Positions 43,286 to 59,028 of a stretch of 64,000 bases of DNA are shown here, one piece after another. Position 1 is the stretch's first letter. Each line of letters opens with the position of its first letter. The translations under genes and the position numbers were made by a program. The notes below the pieces were generated by a model. The model made no database searches, was not told where the DNA came from, and saw only the letters and a list, made by a program, of their open reading frames with translations. This stretch comes from the human T2T-CHM13v2.0 reference genome, Homo sapiens, in NCBI RefSeq assembly GCF_009914755.1, contig NC_060941.1; one strand, 5' to 3'.

Positions 43286-43460
43286 CAGTGGGTCTCAGAC
43301 CTGGTGGCACGTTTGAATCGCCGTCTGAAGAACTTTAAAAAAATACTAATTGCGAAGTCCTAGCCATAGAGATTCTGGTTTAATTGGTATTGAGTGAGAC
43401 CCTGGCATTGTTATTTTTAAACAGATTCTAATGTGCACCCAGGGATAAGAACCACTCACT
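43286..43460. mobile_element. MER5-type hAT DNA transposon
   Basis: cagtgggtctcagacctgg...gattctaatgtgcacccagggataagaaccact. Confidence 0.7.
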
Positions 43461-44439
43461 AGTCTAATGGATGAAACAGATGTGGAGACAAATGATTTTA
43501 ATACAATGTGAAGGCAGAAGTAAGCACAGAGGGCAGGAGGAGAACAGAAGAGAAACCCGGGATCCAGCTTAGGAAGTGAGAAAGCCGGGCAGGTTACCCA
43601 GAGTGGATGACTCAGTGCCCCGTCTCATCCCAGAAGAACTTTTTGCAGAGCCCACCTTTCCTCCCATTTTCCAATCAAATAGGAGAAATGAAAGTATCTC
43701 CTAGAGTTACCTTTTATCTTTTTTTTCCCCCAGATGCAGTGTTTATTGTTTGATTTGTAGTGCTTATTGTTTTTGGAGTTTAAATTCTCCCTGCATGTCT
43801 GATTTCAGGGTACCAACATGATGCCATTGAACATGGGACGTGATGTGCATAATCAGCTCTTGGGAACCTTCAGGTGTGGGCTCCAGCACCTCACTGGACC
43901 GCTGGGTTCCTAGTAGAGTGGAGGAAGTGTTCACTTAGCCACAACTTTGCTTCACCCTGGAGGCCAACTGAGGCATGTTAGTATACCCTCTCCCTGTAGT
44001 TCTGGAGTGAGGACATTGGAAAGCTAAACAGTGGTGCTTGATTCAAGGTGCTTGATCTAATTTCTGTGGCCTTTGTCTGAAGAGGGAGGAATAAGAACGT
44101 GTCAACCTGGAATTCCCAGACTGGCTGATTGGGTCACATTTGGAAAGCTGCTGTGTGCACATCTGATTATCCTGCACCTAGGACTATGATTCATTTCTTC
44201 TTTCTCAGAACATGTATCAGTTTGTTATATTGATTAGCCTGATTGTCTGAATAGTGTCTTTCTGTGTCAAATCTATGAAAGTTTGAACCCTATATGCTTT
44301 TGCTGAATACTGTATTTCCAATACCTAGTAATTATACCTAGACTGACACATAGTGGGAATTTTTTTCTTCAAGTTTAAGTGAAAATTTATTTATTTTTTT
44401 AAATCTCCAAAAGCTTCCCATTGTTTATTATTATTTTTA

Positions 44440-45011
44440 TTTTATTTATTTATTTTTTAATTTTTAAATTTTTTTATTATTATACTTTAAGTTCTAGGGT
44501 ACATGTGCACAACGTGCACGTTTGTTACATATGTGTACACGTGCCATGTTGGTGTGCTGCACCCATTAACTCGTCATTTACATTAGGTATATCTCCTAAT
44601 GCTATCCCTCCCCCCTCCCCCCACCCCACGACAGGCCCCGGTGTGTGATGTTCCCCTTCCTGTGTCCAGGTGTTCTCATGGTTCAATTCCCACCTATGAG
44701 TGAGAACATGCGGTGTTTGGTTTTTTGTCCTTGCAATAGTTTGCTGAGAATGATGGTTTCCAGCTTCATCCATGTCCCTACAAAGGACATGAACTCATCC
44801 TTTTTTATGGCTGCGTGGTATTCCATGGTGTATATGTGTCACATTTTCTTTATCCAGTCTATCGTTGATGGACATTTGGGTTGGTTCCAAGTCTTTGCTA
44901 TTGTGAATAGTGCCGCAGTAAACATACGTGTGCATGTGTCTTTATTAGCAGCATGATTTATAATCCTTTGGGTATATACCCAGTAATGGGATGGCTGGGT
45001 CAAATGGTATT
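44440..45011 (-). mobile_element. 5'-truncated L1PA 3' end
   Basis: ttatactttaagttctagggtacatgtgcacaacgtgc...gggtatatacccagtaatgggatggctgggtcaaatggtatt. Confidence 0.95.
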
Positions 45012-45227
45012 ACCTTTTATCTTAAGGAATAGAAGAGCGATTATGAGCATAGGCCTGGGATGCAAGAAACACATTCAAATCCCAGCTCTGCCACTTACTG
45101 TGTGGCCTTACACAAAATCGTGTGTGTGTGTGTCTGTGTGTATGTGTGAATTGACGGAGCTAATGTATGTAATGTGCCTCACCCACTGCTTTACATTCAG
45201 TAGATGCTCAAAAACATTGTAGCCATG

Positions 45228-45524
<297 letters not shown>

Positions 45525-46583
45525 CTATGTACACTTCAAAGTACACAAACACACAAATGCACATGCTGATGATGCTCAGTGTGTCTTCTTCCAGCAGCAA
45601 GTACTCAGATGACTTTCCTTGTTTGCCCTGCTGGCCCATCCCTGCTTGGGGGAGATACTTCACTTGGTCTGTCTCCATGTGATCTTTGAAGGCAGGTGTC
45701 TGAGCCTCAGCTCCCATGTGCCTGCTCCTCTCCAGGTCCCTTCCCTTGTCTTCCCCAGTTGTTTAGCATCTTCTTTACCTCCAGTGTTCCTGCCAACATT
45801 GGTCCCTGGCTCATTGTCTGGTCTGAAGCTTATCATGGATCTGAATGTGATGGTTCTCCCACAGCTCGCTCTGTCATCCCTGCTGTGTTTTCCCTTATGG
45901 TGGCTGAGTGGTCCACTGCCATCCTGCATGGCACCCCCAGCGTCACCTGCTCCTGCCAGTGCTTGTGGTGGGACTTGAGCTGGAGCTGCAGCTGGAGGGC
46001 TCCAGCTTGCCATAGCTGCCCACTGTCCTTTCTAAATGTATTATTATTGCCTTGGCTAGGCCTCTCCTTTTCCTGGGACAGCAATCTGAGGTTTTCTTGG
46101 TCTTGAGGCCATATAGAGACCTTGATTGCCAGACTCTGACTCCCTGGGGAGTGCTTTCTTAAGTTTATAGCTTGGCCCATTCTGGAATGATGCTGTAGTC
46201 TTCCTCTAAAGCCTGCCTCCCACTTTCTCTGAGCCTTCCCTTGCTCCTGAAACAGAACGATTACACTGTTCTGATGTCCTTACTTTCTTATTTCTCACCT
46301 TTCCCTGTGCATTCTCTCTCAACCCTGTGGCAGCCCTCTGACCTCCTTGCATTTCTGGCGAAGGTCTGTGCATGGCATTGCCTTCCTGCCTGCCACTCCG
46401 TTTGTCTCTCCTAATTACTGGGATTCTGTTTATACAGACTTCTCACTTTGGCTCTTTGGTTTTTTAAAAGTGATTTCTGCTTCAATTCAGCACTTTACCA
46501 TTTCTCCTTCTCCTCTTTGTTATTTACTTCTGCAAATGGGATTATTAATTTTACTCTTTGAAACTTTTGGCTTTGTCCTCCCC

Positions 46584-46950
46584 TGATATGGCTTGGCTCT
46601 GTCCCCACCCAAATGTCATCTTGAATTGTAGCTCCCCTAATTCCCATGTGTTGTGGGAAGGACCCAGTGAAAGACAATTGAATCATGGGGGCAGTTTCCC
46701 CCATACTGTTCTCATGATGGTGAGTAAGTCTCACGAGATCTGATGATTTTATAAGGGGTTTCCCTTTTCACTTGGCTCTCTCATTCTCTCTTGTCTGCTG
46801 CCATAAAAGATGTCCTTTGCTCTTCCACCATGATTGTGAGGCCTCCCCAGCCATGTGGAGCTGTGAGTCCATTAAACCTCTTTTTTTTTTTTTATAAATT
46901 ACACAGTCTTGGGTATGTCTTTATTAGCAGCATGAGAACAGACTAATACA
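46584..46950 (+). mobile_element. THE1-type (MaLR) solo LTR
   Basis: TGATATGG...GACTAATACA; perfect 5-bp TSD tcccc at 46579-46583 and 46951-46955. Confidence 0.93.
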
Positions 46951-47156
46951 TCCCCTGAGAGAGGCTTTTCTCTTATTGTCTTTCCAGATGACCCAGCCCC
47001 ATTTGTCTTATGAAGGGTGAATAAGACTCCTTTTCTCTTCTTTTAAAAATTTATTTTTATTGATATGTATATTAGATATACATACTTTTGGGGTACAGGT
47101 GATAATTTGGTACATTCATGTAGTCAAATCACAGTAATTGGGACATCCAATACCTT

Positions 47157-47576
47157 TGTTAAAATAAAAACTTCAGTGGAAATAAATTTAAAGGAGTTTA
47201 ATCAAACAATGAATGATTCATGAATCAGGCAACCCCCAGAATCACAGCAGATTCAGAGAGACTCCAGGGGTGCCTTGTGGTCAGAACAAATTTATAAAAA
47301 GGGAAGTGAGGTACAGAAATAAGAAGTGAGGTATAGAAACAGCTGGATTGGTTACAGTTGGTGTTTAACTTAGTCCATGAGTAGTTTAACTTAGTCCATG
47401 AGTAGTTGAAGTGTGGCCACTGGGATTGGCCAAGACTCAGCTATTGTTACAGGTGCATACTCCTAAGTTAGGTTTTCAATCTTGTCTGCCTATTAAGCTG
47501 GGTTACATTTTGTCCACAATCACTCATATATAGAAGTATGGAGTCCTTCTCAGGCCATATTTAATTTGCTTTAACA
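47157..47576 (-). mobile_element. MER57-type solo LTR inserted in an L1MA-like fragment (47040-47156 and 47577-47785)
   Basis: TGTTAAA...TTTAACA termini; 4-bp TSD cctt at 47153-47156 and 47577-47580. Confidence 0.87.
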
Positions 47577-49597
47577 CCTTAAATATTTATCTTCCTTTAA
47601 GCGAGGAACATTCAAATTATTCTCTTCTAGCTATTTGGAAATATACAATTGATTAATGTTAACTATAGTCACACTGCTGATGTATCGAATACTAGATCTT
47701 ATTTTTTCCATCTAAGTCTATATTTGTACCCATCAATCAACTTCTCTTCATGCCCCTCTCCCTGTACCCTTCCTGGCCTCTGGGACATCCTTTCTCTTAG
47801 TTGGTGTTGTTGTTGGACTGATCACTCTGTCCTGACCTGGTAGGACTTTGCTCATTCCCCATCTCCTCTCCTCAGGAGAACACATGCCACACTCATCTTA
47901 CTGGAGTCTGTGGATTCCTTAAAACAGCCTGGGAGATCTGGAGGGGTAGCAACTATTATTACTGGTTTTTAGTTAGGAAAATGAGACTTAGCAAGGAGGA
48001 AACAGGCCTAGGAAGGGAAACTCACGCTCCAAGCTCATGCAGCCAGTAAGGGAAGAACTGGGAAAGAATGCACACCAAGGAATTCCCAGTTCATTGCATG
48101 GAGGAGAGGAGGTGAGTGTGCTACTCAGAGCCCCTAACATCTGTCATCCTGTAAAAGCTATAATAAAAAGTCATAAATGCATAAACAGTGTGAAAAAGTT
48201 CAAAGGTAAACTCATTAAGTTCAGAAATATAAGGGGTATGCCTAGGGCCAAAAAAAAAAAAAAAAAAGTCATCTAATTATGGGACGCACTAGCACAGTGT
48301 GGTAGAATGTTAAAATAGCTGAGAGGAGCCTGCAGAGACAGGGGCCTTGGGTGACTGGGTCCCTACTGCATGTTGGGAGCTGTTGGAAACACCTTACATG
48401 CATTATTTTATTTAATCTTCACAAGAGATGAATGACCTTATGAGGCTGGTGTTATTACATCCACCAACTCAAGGCGCAGAGAGGTCAAAGCACTTGCTCA
48501 CAGTCACAGAGTGGCTTAGGAGCTGATTTGGGATGAGAGACCAGGTCTCTCAAATTCCATTTTCATGTGCTTGCCTCCATGTCACGATTTGCCCAGTTTG
48601 CTGAAAGACAGACCTGCACGTGGCCCCTGCAGGAGAGATACATCTCTCTTTGGGAGAGGTTGGCATTGGGGAGGAAAGCCCTGCCCGTCAGCCCTCCTCC
48701 TGGCTGCAGCGCCCTGGCTAGCTGTACCTGTGGGTGTGACTCTGTGTAGCTGTCTTTCTCTTAAGTATACAGAGAAAAAAAATTTTTTTCCGTCGTGGGG
48801 ATAAAGTTCAAGGAACAACCTCACCAAGAAGGTGGGGCTGAGTGCCGCCCAGCTGGCTGGCTGCCTGCTGTGAATAACTAACCAGAACACATGGAATATG
48901 GCATGATACGGGCCAAGACAGAGCAAGGACCCAAGTTCATGTATGACCCTCATCACCCTCCTTTTACATGCTCCCAGTACCATGGAGAGCTTGCAGTTGG
49001 GAGTTAAGAGGGGCTACTCTCCCTTCCCTTCCAGGTAGAGGTTAAGATTCATGTCTCATAGTCCTTTATTCTTCGGGGTTTTCTTGAGACTTATTTGAGT
49101 CAAATACGTGCCAAATGAGGACCTGTCCTGCTTAAGTACTGGAGTTGGAGGAGACTAAATACCTCCTGCTTATCCCTCCCTCTGCTTGCAACACCCTCCC
49201 TGTTCCTCAGTTCTTCCTCCAGGTACATCTCAAATGTTCCCTGTTATAAGAATAGCTAATATGCTTATACACTAATACTTATGTGGCAGATATATTTATT
49301 CATTTATTTAATCCTCTCAACAGCCCTACAGCATAGGTACTATTATTTCCATTTTGCAGATGAGAAAAACAAGGCACAAAAAGGCTAAGTAATTTATCCA
49401 AGGTGACACTGTTAGTAAATGGCAGACCTGGGATTGTATCCCAGTCTATTTCAAGATATTGAAGTTGGCAGCATGGTGTGGTGAAAGAGCCTGGATTGGG
49501 TTCAAATCTTGGTCACACCATTTAAAGCTGCATGAACTTGGGAGGTGGCTTAGCCATCTTGAACCTCAATTTTCTCATATCTGAAAGGGAATAATAT

Positions 49598-49895
49598 GGT
49601 CGGGTGTGGTGGCTCATGCCTGTAATCCCAGCGCTTTGGGAGGCTGAGGCAGGAGGAACTTGAGGCCAGGAGTTAGAGACCAGCCTGGGCAACATAGCAA
49701 GAACCCATCTCTAAAAAATAAATAAATAGATAAATTAGTTGGGCATGGTGGCGTGTACCTGTAGTCCTAGATACTCAGGGAGCTGAGGCAGGGAGGATGG
49801 CTTGAGCCTGGAAGTTCTAGGCTTCAGTGAGCTCTGATTGTGCCAATGCACTCCAACCTGGGTGACAGAGTGAGACCCTGTCTCTAAAAAAAAAA
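49598..49895 (+). mobile_element. AluJ inserted in a MIR
   Basis: TSD aaagggaataata; MIR-like sequence on both flanks. Confidence 0.9.
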
Positions 49896-50176
49896 AGGGA
49901 ATAATACATCAAACATCATATAATTGTTTGTGAGGTTTAAAAAAGATAAATAATGACATTATTGAACATTTGAAAATAAGTAATACGTATTGGTTCTCTT
50001 CCGACTTTGAATCAATCAATTATATTAAGCATAAAGCTTTAGCATAGAATATTATAGGATAGAATGAGATGTCAGATCCGGAAAGGATCTTAGCAATGAC
50101 CTAATCCAATGCATTGTCTGAAGCGTGAGGAATTATTGACACTTGCCCAAGGCCAGTCACATAGTAACTCAGTAAC

Positions 50177-50630
50177 TGTGACAAAGATTGTGAGTTGCCT
50201 TTTCTAATATCTTGTCTCCCTTCTTAGCAATAGCATCCCTGGTTTTTAGCTGGGTTCATGGTGTCTTGGAAAAAGGCTACATTTCCTAGCTTTCCTTGGA
50301 GCTAAGTGTGGCCATTTGACTATGTCTGGCCAATGAGATGTCAGTGAAAAAGTCATAGGATACTTTCTGGAAGTCTCCTTCAAAAGGGAGAATGCTGGTT
50401 CTTTTCCCTTTCTTCCATCTTTTTGCTTAGAAGGCAGATCTGGTAACTGCAGCTCTTGTCATCTTGAACAGGAGTATGTCATAGCCTAGGGATGACAGTG
50501 CCTTCACACTACCATGAGTTATGTACCTCTAGATTTATTTCATATGAGACAGAAGTAAACTTCTGTCATGTTTAAGCCACTGTTGGTTGGGTTTCCTGTT
50601 ACTTGCAGTCTAATCTAATCCTAACAGACA
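50177..50630 (+). mobile_element. Old MLT1-type MaLR LTR
   Basis: ctacatttcctagctttccttggagctaagtgtggccatttgacta...ggccaatgagatg; tttaagccactgttggttgggtttcctgttacttgcag. Confidence 0.65.
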
Positions 50631-51653
50631 GTATTAGATACGGACTAGAAACAAGGTCAATAAATGTTTATTGAGTTGAGGAGAGGTCCCCCAGAGAAGC
50701 CTGGCCTGTCTTTTTCCATCTCTGCAGGTATTTAGGAGAGAAGCTGGGGTTTTCACAACAAAACATCTTGAAGCCCTAAAATGACTTGTCATGCCTTGTG
50801 AGTGGGGGTGGGCTTATCTCTGGAAACCAGGGCTGTGGCTGGAGGAAGGTGCCCAGGTATGGGTGGTCTGGCACTGTCGGTCTTCTCTCTCAGCCACAGA
50901 GGGACAAACCTGTGGACAGAGCTATCCTTTGGTTCCAAATGTGGGTCTCTGCACACGGTCCGTCCCCTAAGCTCTCAGCTGGTGGGCTGAAGAAGCCTGA
51001 GGAAGCCAGGATCTGTGAGATGGCCCGATTACCTTGCCTGTTATTCACTTTGTTACTGGCATGTTTTGAAATTGATGATTTCTTTTCTTTCCTCAAAAAA
51101 CTTGTTCCTCCCTTTGCTTTGCTTTTTTTTAAATTAATTTTTCTGTCATGAAATATTTCAAAGATAGACAAGAATAGAAAAGAGCATAATGAATACCTAT
51201 TTACCCACGATTAAGCTTTATCAAATCTTAACATTATGTCATATTTGCATCAGATCTCATTTAAAGAAATAAAATATTACTGATATAATTGAAGATCTCC
51301 GCATATTCCACTCCTACCCCTGTTCCTCTCCCTCCTCAGAGGTAACTATTACCATGAATCCAGTGTTTATCATTCCTATGTATGTTTTTACACTTTTATT
51401 ACATATTTATGTATTCATTAATACAATATAGCATTACTCAGTAGGGTTTTAAATTTTATATATAAATTGTAGCAGATTCCACTTATCATTGAATATTCCA
51501 TTATATAAATATGCCACAATGTATTTCTCCATTTTCCTGTTGATGAATATTTATGCTGTTTCCTTTTTTTTTCTTTTTTATAACCCACACTATGCTGTGA
51601 TGAATTCCTCCACTTACCTCCTCCTGGGGAACAGTGAGAGGGTTTGTTTAAGG

Positions 51654-52744
<1,091 letters not shown>

Positions 52745-52995
52745 CTGTTATATAATTACCTAGAGGTGGAATAATGAATGGTAAGTTATGGGCATCTTCA
52801 GCTTTACTAGATGTTGTAAAATTGCTCTCCAAAGCAATAGAACTAAGTACTGTAGTGCTTGAGTTTTTTGTAAACTTCTTTCTTTCCTTTTTGGACAGAT
52901 TCTTTGTTTAAATAAAGGTGCTGGAAGGGCCCTTAAAAGGCATTGTGTAGTCAGTTAATGTTGCTGCATACAGACAACTTTGAAATTTGAATGGT

Positions 52996-53300
52996 GGCAG
53001 AGTGTGGTGGCTCACACCTGTAATCCCAGCACTTTGGGAGACCAGGTGGACCGATTGCTTGAGCTCAGGAGTTCGAGACCAGCCTGGGCAACACGGCAAG
53101 ATGTGATCTCTACAAAAAAATGCAAAAATTAGCTGGGTGTGGTGGCATGCACCTAGAATTCCACTACTTGGGAGGCTGAGGTGGGAGGATCACTTGAGCC
53201 AGGAGGTGGAGGTTGCAGTGAGCTGTGATTGCACCGCTGCACTGCACAGTCTGGGCGACAGGGCAAGATGGAACAAAAAAGAAGAAGAAAGAAAAAAAGA
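52996..53300 (+). mobile_element. AluJ
   Basis: Dimer; TSD gaaatttgaatg. Confidence 0.9.
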
Positions 53301-53719
53301 AATTTGAATGTTTTACAACAAGCGTTTATTTTGGGCTTATTGACCTGTGCATTGGTAGGGTTTGGCTGATGTGTAACGGGCTCAACTCAGCCTGACTCCA
53401 AGCAGTGGGTTGGGCTCAGGTTTGCTCCACATGCCTCTCATCCTCCTTGGACTTGTAGCTGAGGCAAATTTTTCTCATGGGAAAAGGCAAGAACTCGAGT
53501 GTAGGCCCACACAAACACTTTTCACGTCTTTGCTAGTGTTGTGCAACCATCCTGTTGGTCAAAGAATAGGTAGGCCCAAAGTCAAGAGCTCAGGAAATAC
53601 ACTCTGTCCATCGTGAAGCCATGGTATGAATGTGGATGTATAATTCCACTATAGGGGAAGGAAGATCTGGGGTCAATAACTGAATCTGCCACAGATATCA
53701 ACGTTTTTTAGTTTCAGGA

Positions 53720-54131
53720 TCTTCCTTCCTTCCTTCGTTCCTTCCTTCATTCCTCCTTCGTTCCTTCCTTCCTTCCTTCCTTCCCTCTCTTTCTTTCTTT
53801 CTTTCTTTCTCTTTCTTCTCCCTGTTTTTCTAATATCTTTTTTTTTTTTTTTGAGATAGGGTCTTGCTCTGTCACCCAGGCTGGAGTGCAGTGGCTGATC
53901 ATGGCTCACTGCTGTCTCGGCCTTCCAAGTTCAATTGGTTCTCTCGCCTCAGCCTCTCAAGTAGCTGGCATCACAGGTACATGCCACCATACCCAGCTAT
54001 TTTTTTTTTTTTAAGTAGAGACAGGGTCTCACTGTATTGCCCAGGCTGGTCTCAAACTCCTGGGCTCAAGGGATCTGTCCACCTCGGCCTCCCAAAAAGC
54101 TGGGATTACAGGCATGAGCCATTGTGCCCAG

Positions 54132-54165
<34 letters not shown>

Positions 54166-54405
54166 TTCTCTCTCTCTCTCTATTTCTCCTTCTTTCTTGG
54201 AGACAGGGTCTCTCTCTGTTGGCCAGGATGAAGTGCAGTGGTGTGATCATAGCTCACTGCACCCTTGAACTCCTGGGCTCAAGCGATCCTTCTGCCTCAG
54301 TGTCCTGATAGCTGAGAGTATAGGTATGCACCACCATGCTTGGCTAATTAAAAAAAAAAAATTTATAGAGACAGGGGGTCTCACTATTTTTGCCCAGGCT
54401 AGTTC
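53720..54405 (-). mobile_element. (TTCC/TTTC)n, AluJ (53838-54132), (CT)n and a partial AluJ (54199-54405)
   Basis: Two tandem antisense Alus separated by pyrimidine microsatellites. Confidence 0.88.
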
Positions 54406-55741
54406 AAAACATTTTCTTGAAACAAAACCTTATGTAGAATTGTAATGTAATATGGAGAAAAGTGAAGCTGCTCTGATTTGAAGTGGGAGTGGGGGTGTGC
54501 AGAACCCCTGCCTGCTCAACTCCCCTCTGTTCCCGAACACCTCTGCGGAGTCCCCCAGCTTCACAGAATGTAGTTTGATAGCCAGTCTCTTACATTGTTT
54601 CCTCTTCCAGGCAACGTCAACACTCTCCCCGCTGCAAGATCCAGGGATCTGCAGCAACACAACCAGGAGCAGATCCTCTCTGAGGGTTGAGTCTCAACAT
54701 GTGGCCCAAAGGGGCGCCTCCTAGAAGCCAAGAGTAAAGAGGACGCCTGAGGCCACACCTGAATGTGGGCAAAGTAGATGACAAGATTAGAAACAGACCT
54801 GGTTTGCTCCGTGGCTCAGCCCAAGCTGGCTGGATTGACAGAACTTCAGCTCCTTGCCTGCCTCCAACTCAGGGAAGGAGATCCTTGTCCTGTGGAACAT
54901 CTGGCTCTCATGTCATGAGTCTTCTGTCAGAGTGATGGTGGCTTCTTATCATTATTGACTTTCACCATGGTCTTAGCAGCACCTTTTGGGCAGGCAGTCT
55001 GGTTGCTGTTTCCAGAACGGAGCCACAGGCCAGCCCCATCCCATGTGGCCTCTGTAATGCTTTCCTCTTCCATAGGCAGTGTGAGAAGCCCATCCACCAG
55101 AGTTACAGTGGGGAGGTGATGAGTCAGACCACATCCTATTGTGAGCTTGCAAGGCTGCTTTCATTAGGTGTTAGTTCCCTGTGGCTGGCTGGACCAGGAA
55201 GCAAGGTCCAGCCCCCTCTTCTCCTCTCCATGCCCCAGTAGGCTCCCCTGCTCTCTCCAACCCTCCCGCAACAGCCAGTCTTCCCCTCCCAGGCGCTGCT
55301 CCTGGAGCTCAATCAGCAACTCCATCTCCAAGCTTTATGTTTCCCATTAGATTTCTCCTAATTTTCTTGTCCTTTACAACCTGACAGTATCTGTACTTTT
55401 GTTCTTATGATCTAATTACAATTAGTGATTTAATGAGACTACCCTCGGAAGCTGCAAGAAAGGCAGTGATGGGCAGGATGGTGGAGACGGGAAAGTAAGC
55501 AGACACTTGGTGTCTATAGGGGATTTGTCTTGCATTTATTAATTCTACAAATGTTTATTAAGCATCTATTATATGCCAGCATCCAGGCTAGGCAATGAGA
55601 AGATAGTGACAAACAAGAACATCGAGCCAGTTATCTGTTTCTCCCCCTCCCCACTTGCTGGTGAGGTCTTGCCGCATCTGGACATGTTTTCCGTAACTGA
55701 CTTCCATTTATTTGGCTGCTGAGCTCTGGCTGGCTGCTTAG

Positions 55742-56180
<439 letters not shown>

Positions 56181-58109
56181 CTGGAGCTGAAATTTTGCCC
56201 CCTACTCAACTCTATCCTGAGCTCTGGCCTGGCTTGTTCTCACCTCCCTGTCTTAGACTCTAGAGAAGTGGGCACTGTTTAAGGCCAACCATTGACTTCT
56301 GATAATATAATTAGATAAAGGCTTCTGGACTAACTCCATTGCCTTTGTATACATTGGTTTCCTCTGATAAGAAAACTGGGTAGTAACTAAAGCCACATTC
56401 TCTGGAGAGATGAAAGATTAACCAAGAGAAGACTAAGCTTCCACTGTTTATTTAGAACGTTTAAGGAACCAGAAGTGGGTAGCTGCTGCTTGACTCTCTT
56501 TATCATGTGGGTGCCTCTGTCTCCTTCTGTCTTCTTGTCTGTAAGTGTCTCTTGTCAAGCCTGATTGTCCCAATACTCCCAGCAACTTTGGAATTCAGGG
56601 GTCTGCCTTACAGCCTCATGAGCTCTGTGTATGTTTGCAGGACTCTATTTTAAGCACTATCAGAGTTTGGAGCTCAGTTTCAGCCCTCTGTGTGGGAGTG
56701 CCTTAGCGAGATACTGGCAATCCGGATTTCAGATTCTGTGAAATAGCTTACTTCAGATCATTCCTCCAGGGTTGCATCTCCTTGGATTTTGAATGATTGG
56801 TTTCAGACTTTTAGCCTCAGGACTTGGCATTTCAGAATGTTAGGTCTCTTCATAGCTTAACTAATCTACATTCTTGTTGACCTTTAATCAATAAGAGATG
56901 GTCTTGGCTTAACCATGGGACAGATTCTGTTTTACAAGATTTCTTTCTTTATAGAGGCTCAGGGGTAGGATGATGCCTTTCCCACTTCAAACAGTCATTT
57001 TAACCTCTTTTGATGGGTATATTCTTGGGAGTGCAGTATGTTCTTGGGATGAAGGAAGGAGATGCTGGAAAAACACAACTTTATATCCCCATCCTTCAGA
57101 GTATAACAGATCTTTATCTTGATCAAATGTCCAATGTCAACTTTTTTACATGTAAAATGGGATGCGTGTGTGTGTGTGTGTGTGTATGGAGGGAGGGTAG
57201 CAGAGACTACTAAACATCTTTCTCATGGAACCGTGATGGGGTTTGACAATGTTGTGTGATTTTTCATGGAAATCTTAAACAAGAATACAGTTGTGCCTAG
57301 GCAGGCAATACACTAATACACTGACTGGGACCCATCTGTAGCTCTTAGAACACAACAATAGCTAATATTATTAAGCACTTACTAAATACTTTATCTTACT
57401 TGAAATTCACAGCCTCCTAATAATAATTTGAATTATTACCATCCCTACTGACAATTAGGTCACTCAATAACAAATGGCAAAGGAAGGGTTTGAGCTCAGC
57501 TCAGACTTGGCATCAAGGCTCTGTAATCTTCCACTTTGTAGTGACTGGAGCTGTTGAAATGATTATTCCAGTGTAATCTTTTTTTTTTTTTGGACAGAAA
57601 TATTTCTATTAAGGATGGGTCAGAGGCCTAAAAGCAGGTCTGTCTATCTCCCTGCCCAAGTTCTTTCCACTTCACTAGGCTGCCTGTGAAGCCTGAGATC
57701 CATCACCGCCTCTTGGAAAGTTGTGACATCATGTAATTCTCTTGGCTTGAAGGCCACTCTGTCCCACTGGCTGTTGAATGAAGATGCTTGTCAGTGAATT
57801 ACAATTTTCTTTAACATTTTTTCCATGCTAACCCATTATGATGGTTTTTTAAGGAAGACAAATGTTGATTAAGCATGTACTATGTGTAAGGCAATTTCAC
57901 ACACATTATTCCCTTTTTCTCCTCATGCCAATATAGGAATGGTGCAGTAGGAATAATTATTCCCATTTTACAGTTGAAGAAATGGAGGTGACAATACACC
58001 CATTTTAGCTTATGGAGACTCAAAATACCATATACAAAATCAGCAGGTGGGTGAGTAGGGGGCACAGCTAGAGGATGATGGCATTAGGAGGGGCCACATG
58101 GATCATCAA

Positions 58110-58570
58110 TGTGAGAAAACATTTTAAATGATCCATTTTCAAGGCATGATAAATCTAAGTACTGGCAGCCAGGCTGCAAACGTAACAAACCACATGTCTC
58201 ATGCACCTAGAAGGTCACCATAAGTGAATAGAATGTAGAAGAGGGGTCAGCCCATAAAAGGGAAGAAAGTTTTGTTATTGGGAAATTGAAACTTAAGCAG
58301 GGGAGGAGACCAGGGCATAACCTTAGAAGGGAGATAATGAAACTTAGGCGATGTCTAGGAAGATTGTAACCCCATAGTACTCAACCAATGAGGAACTGGG
58401 GGGAGGATTTGTGTGCTAGGAGATAAATTACCTGTTGTAACTGCCCTGGGTGTGCCTGCCTACCAGACACCTGATCTTGCAAGTCCACCATTAAAAGTCT
58501 CGCTTCCGCTGTTCTTCGTGTCTCTGAGTCCATTCTTCGGGTTTGGATGGGTGAATGTATGTTTCTCACA
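58110..58570 (+). mobile_element. 5' LTR of a HERV-I/HERVIP10-group provirus (LTR10 family)
   Basis: 9-bp inverted termini TGTGAGAAA/TTTCTCACA, CCAAT, ATTAAA. Followed by tggaggcccatctgggatc, resembling the tRNA-Ile PBS, and then gag. Confidence 0.8.
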
Positions 58571-59028
58571 AACCTGGAGGCCCATCTGGGATCTCTGTGC
58601 CTGCGTGGAGTAAGACTCTGGGTGAGAGGGGAGATGTGTCCCACCTGATTTAGGTGGCCTGCTCTGTCCGGGCGCCCCGGCTCCCTGCAGAAGCCATAGA
58701 CAAACTCGAGACTGTTACTCAGGAGGCAGTGGAGGTGACAGAGGGAGAAAAGCAGGCACTGTGGCAACCAGGCAAACTTGTGCATGAGCCAAGGTAGAAA
58801 ATTGGACTATAAGTACTGCCTTGGTGGTTGGGCATTTTCGGAGGTCAAGTGTGTGTGACTGAGAGGTATCTTAGATACGAAGCGAGTGCAGAGTCCCAAT
58901 CCGCAGTTCCATTCTCCTGCAAGGGAAATGGCCGGAGATGGATGAAGTGATTTTCGGGGTGTGCAAGAAACCTCCAATAGAGGGGGGTTATGTACACAAG
59001 GAAACTCAGACACAGAGACTGACCAAAA

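Noticed and set aside
45619-46180. Several overlapping ORFs of 115-136 aa in non-repeat DNA, possibly a retrocopy
   Set aside because: No recognisable protein similarity, poly(A) tail, TSD or exon structure; a tBLASTx search would be needed to reopen it.
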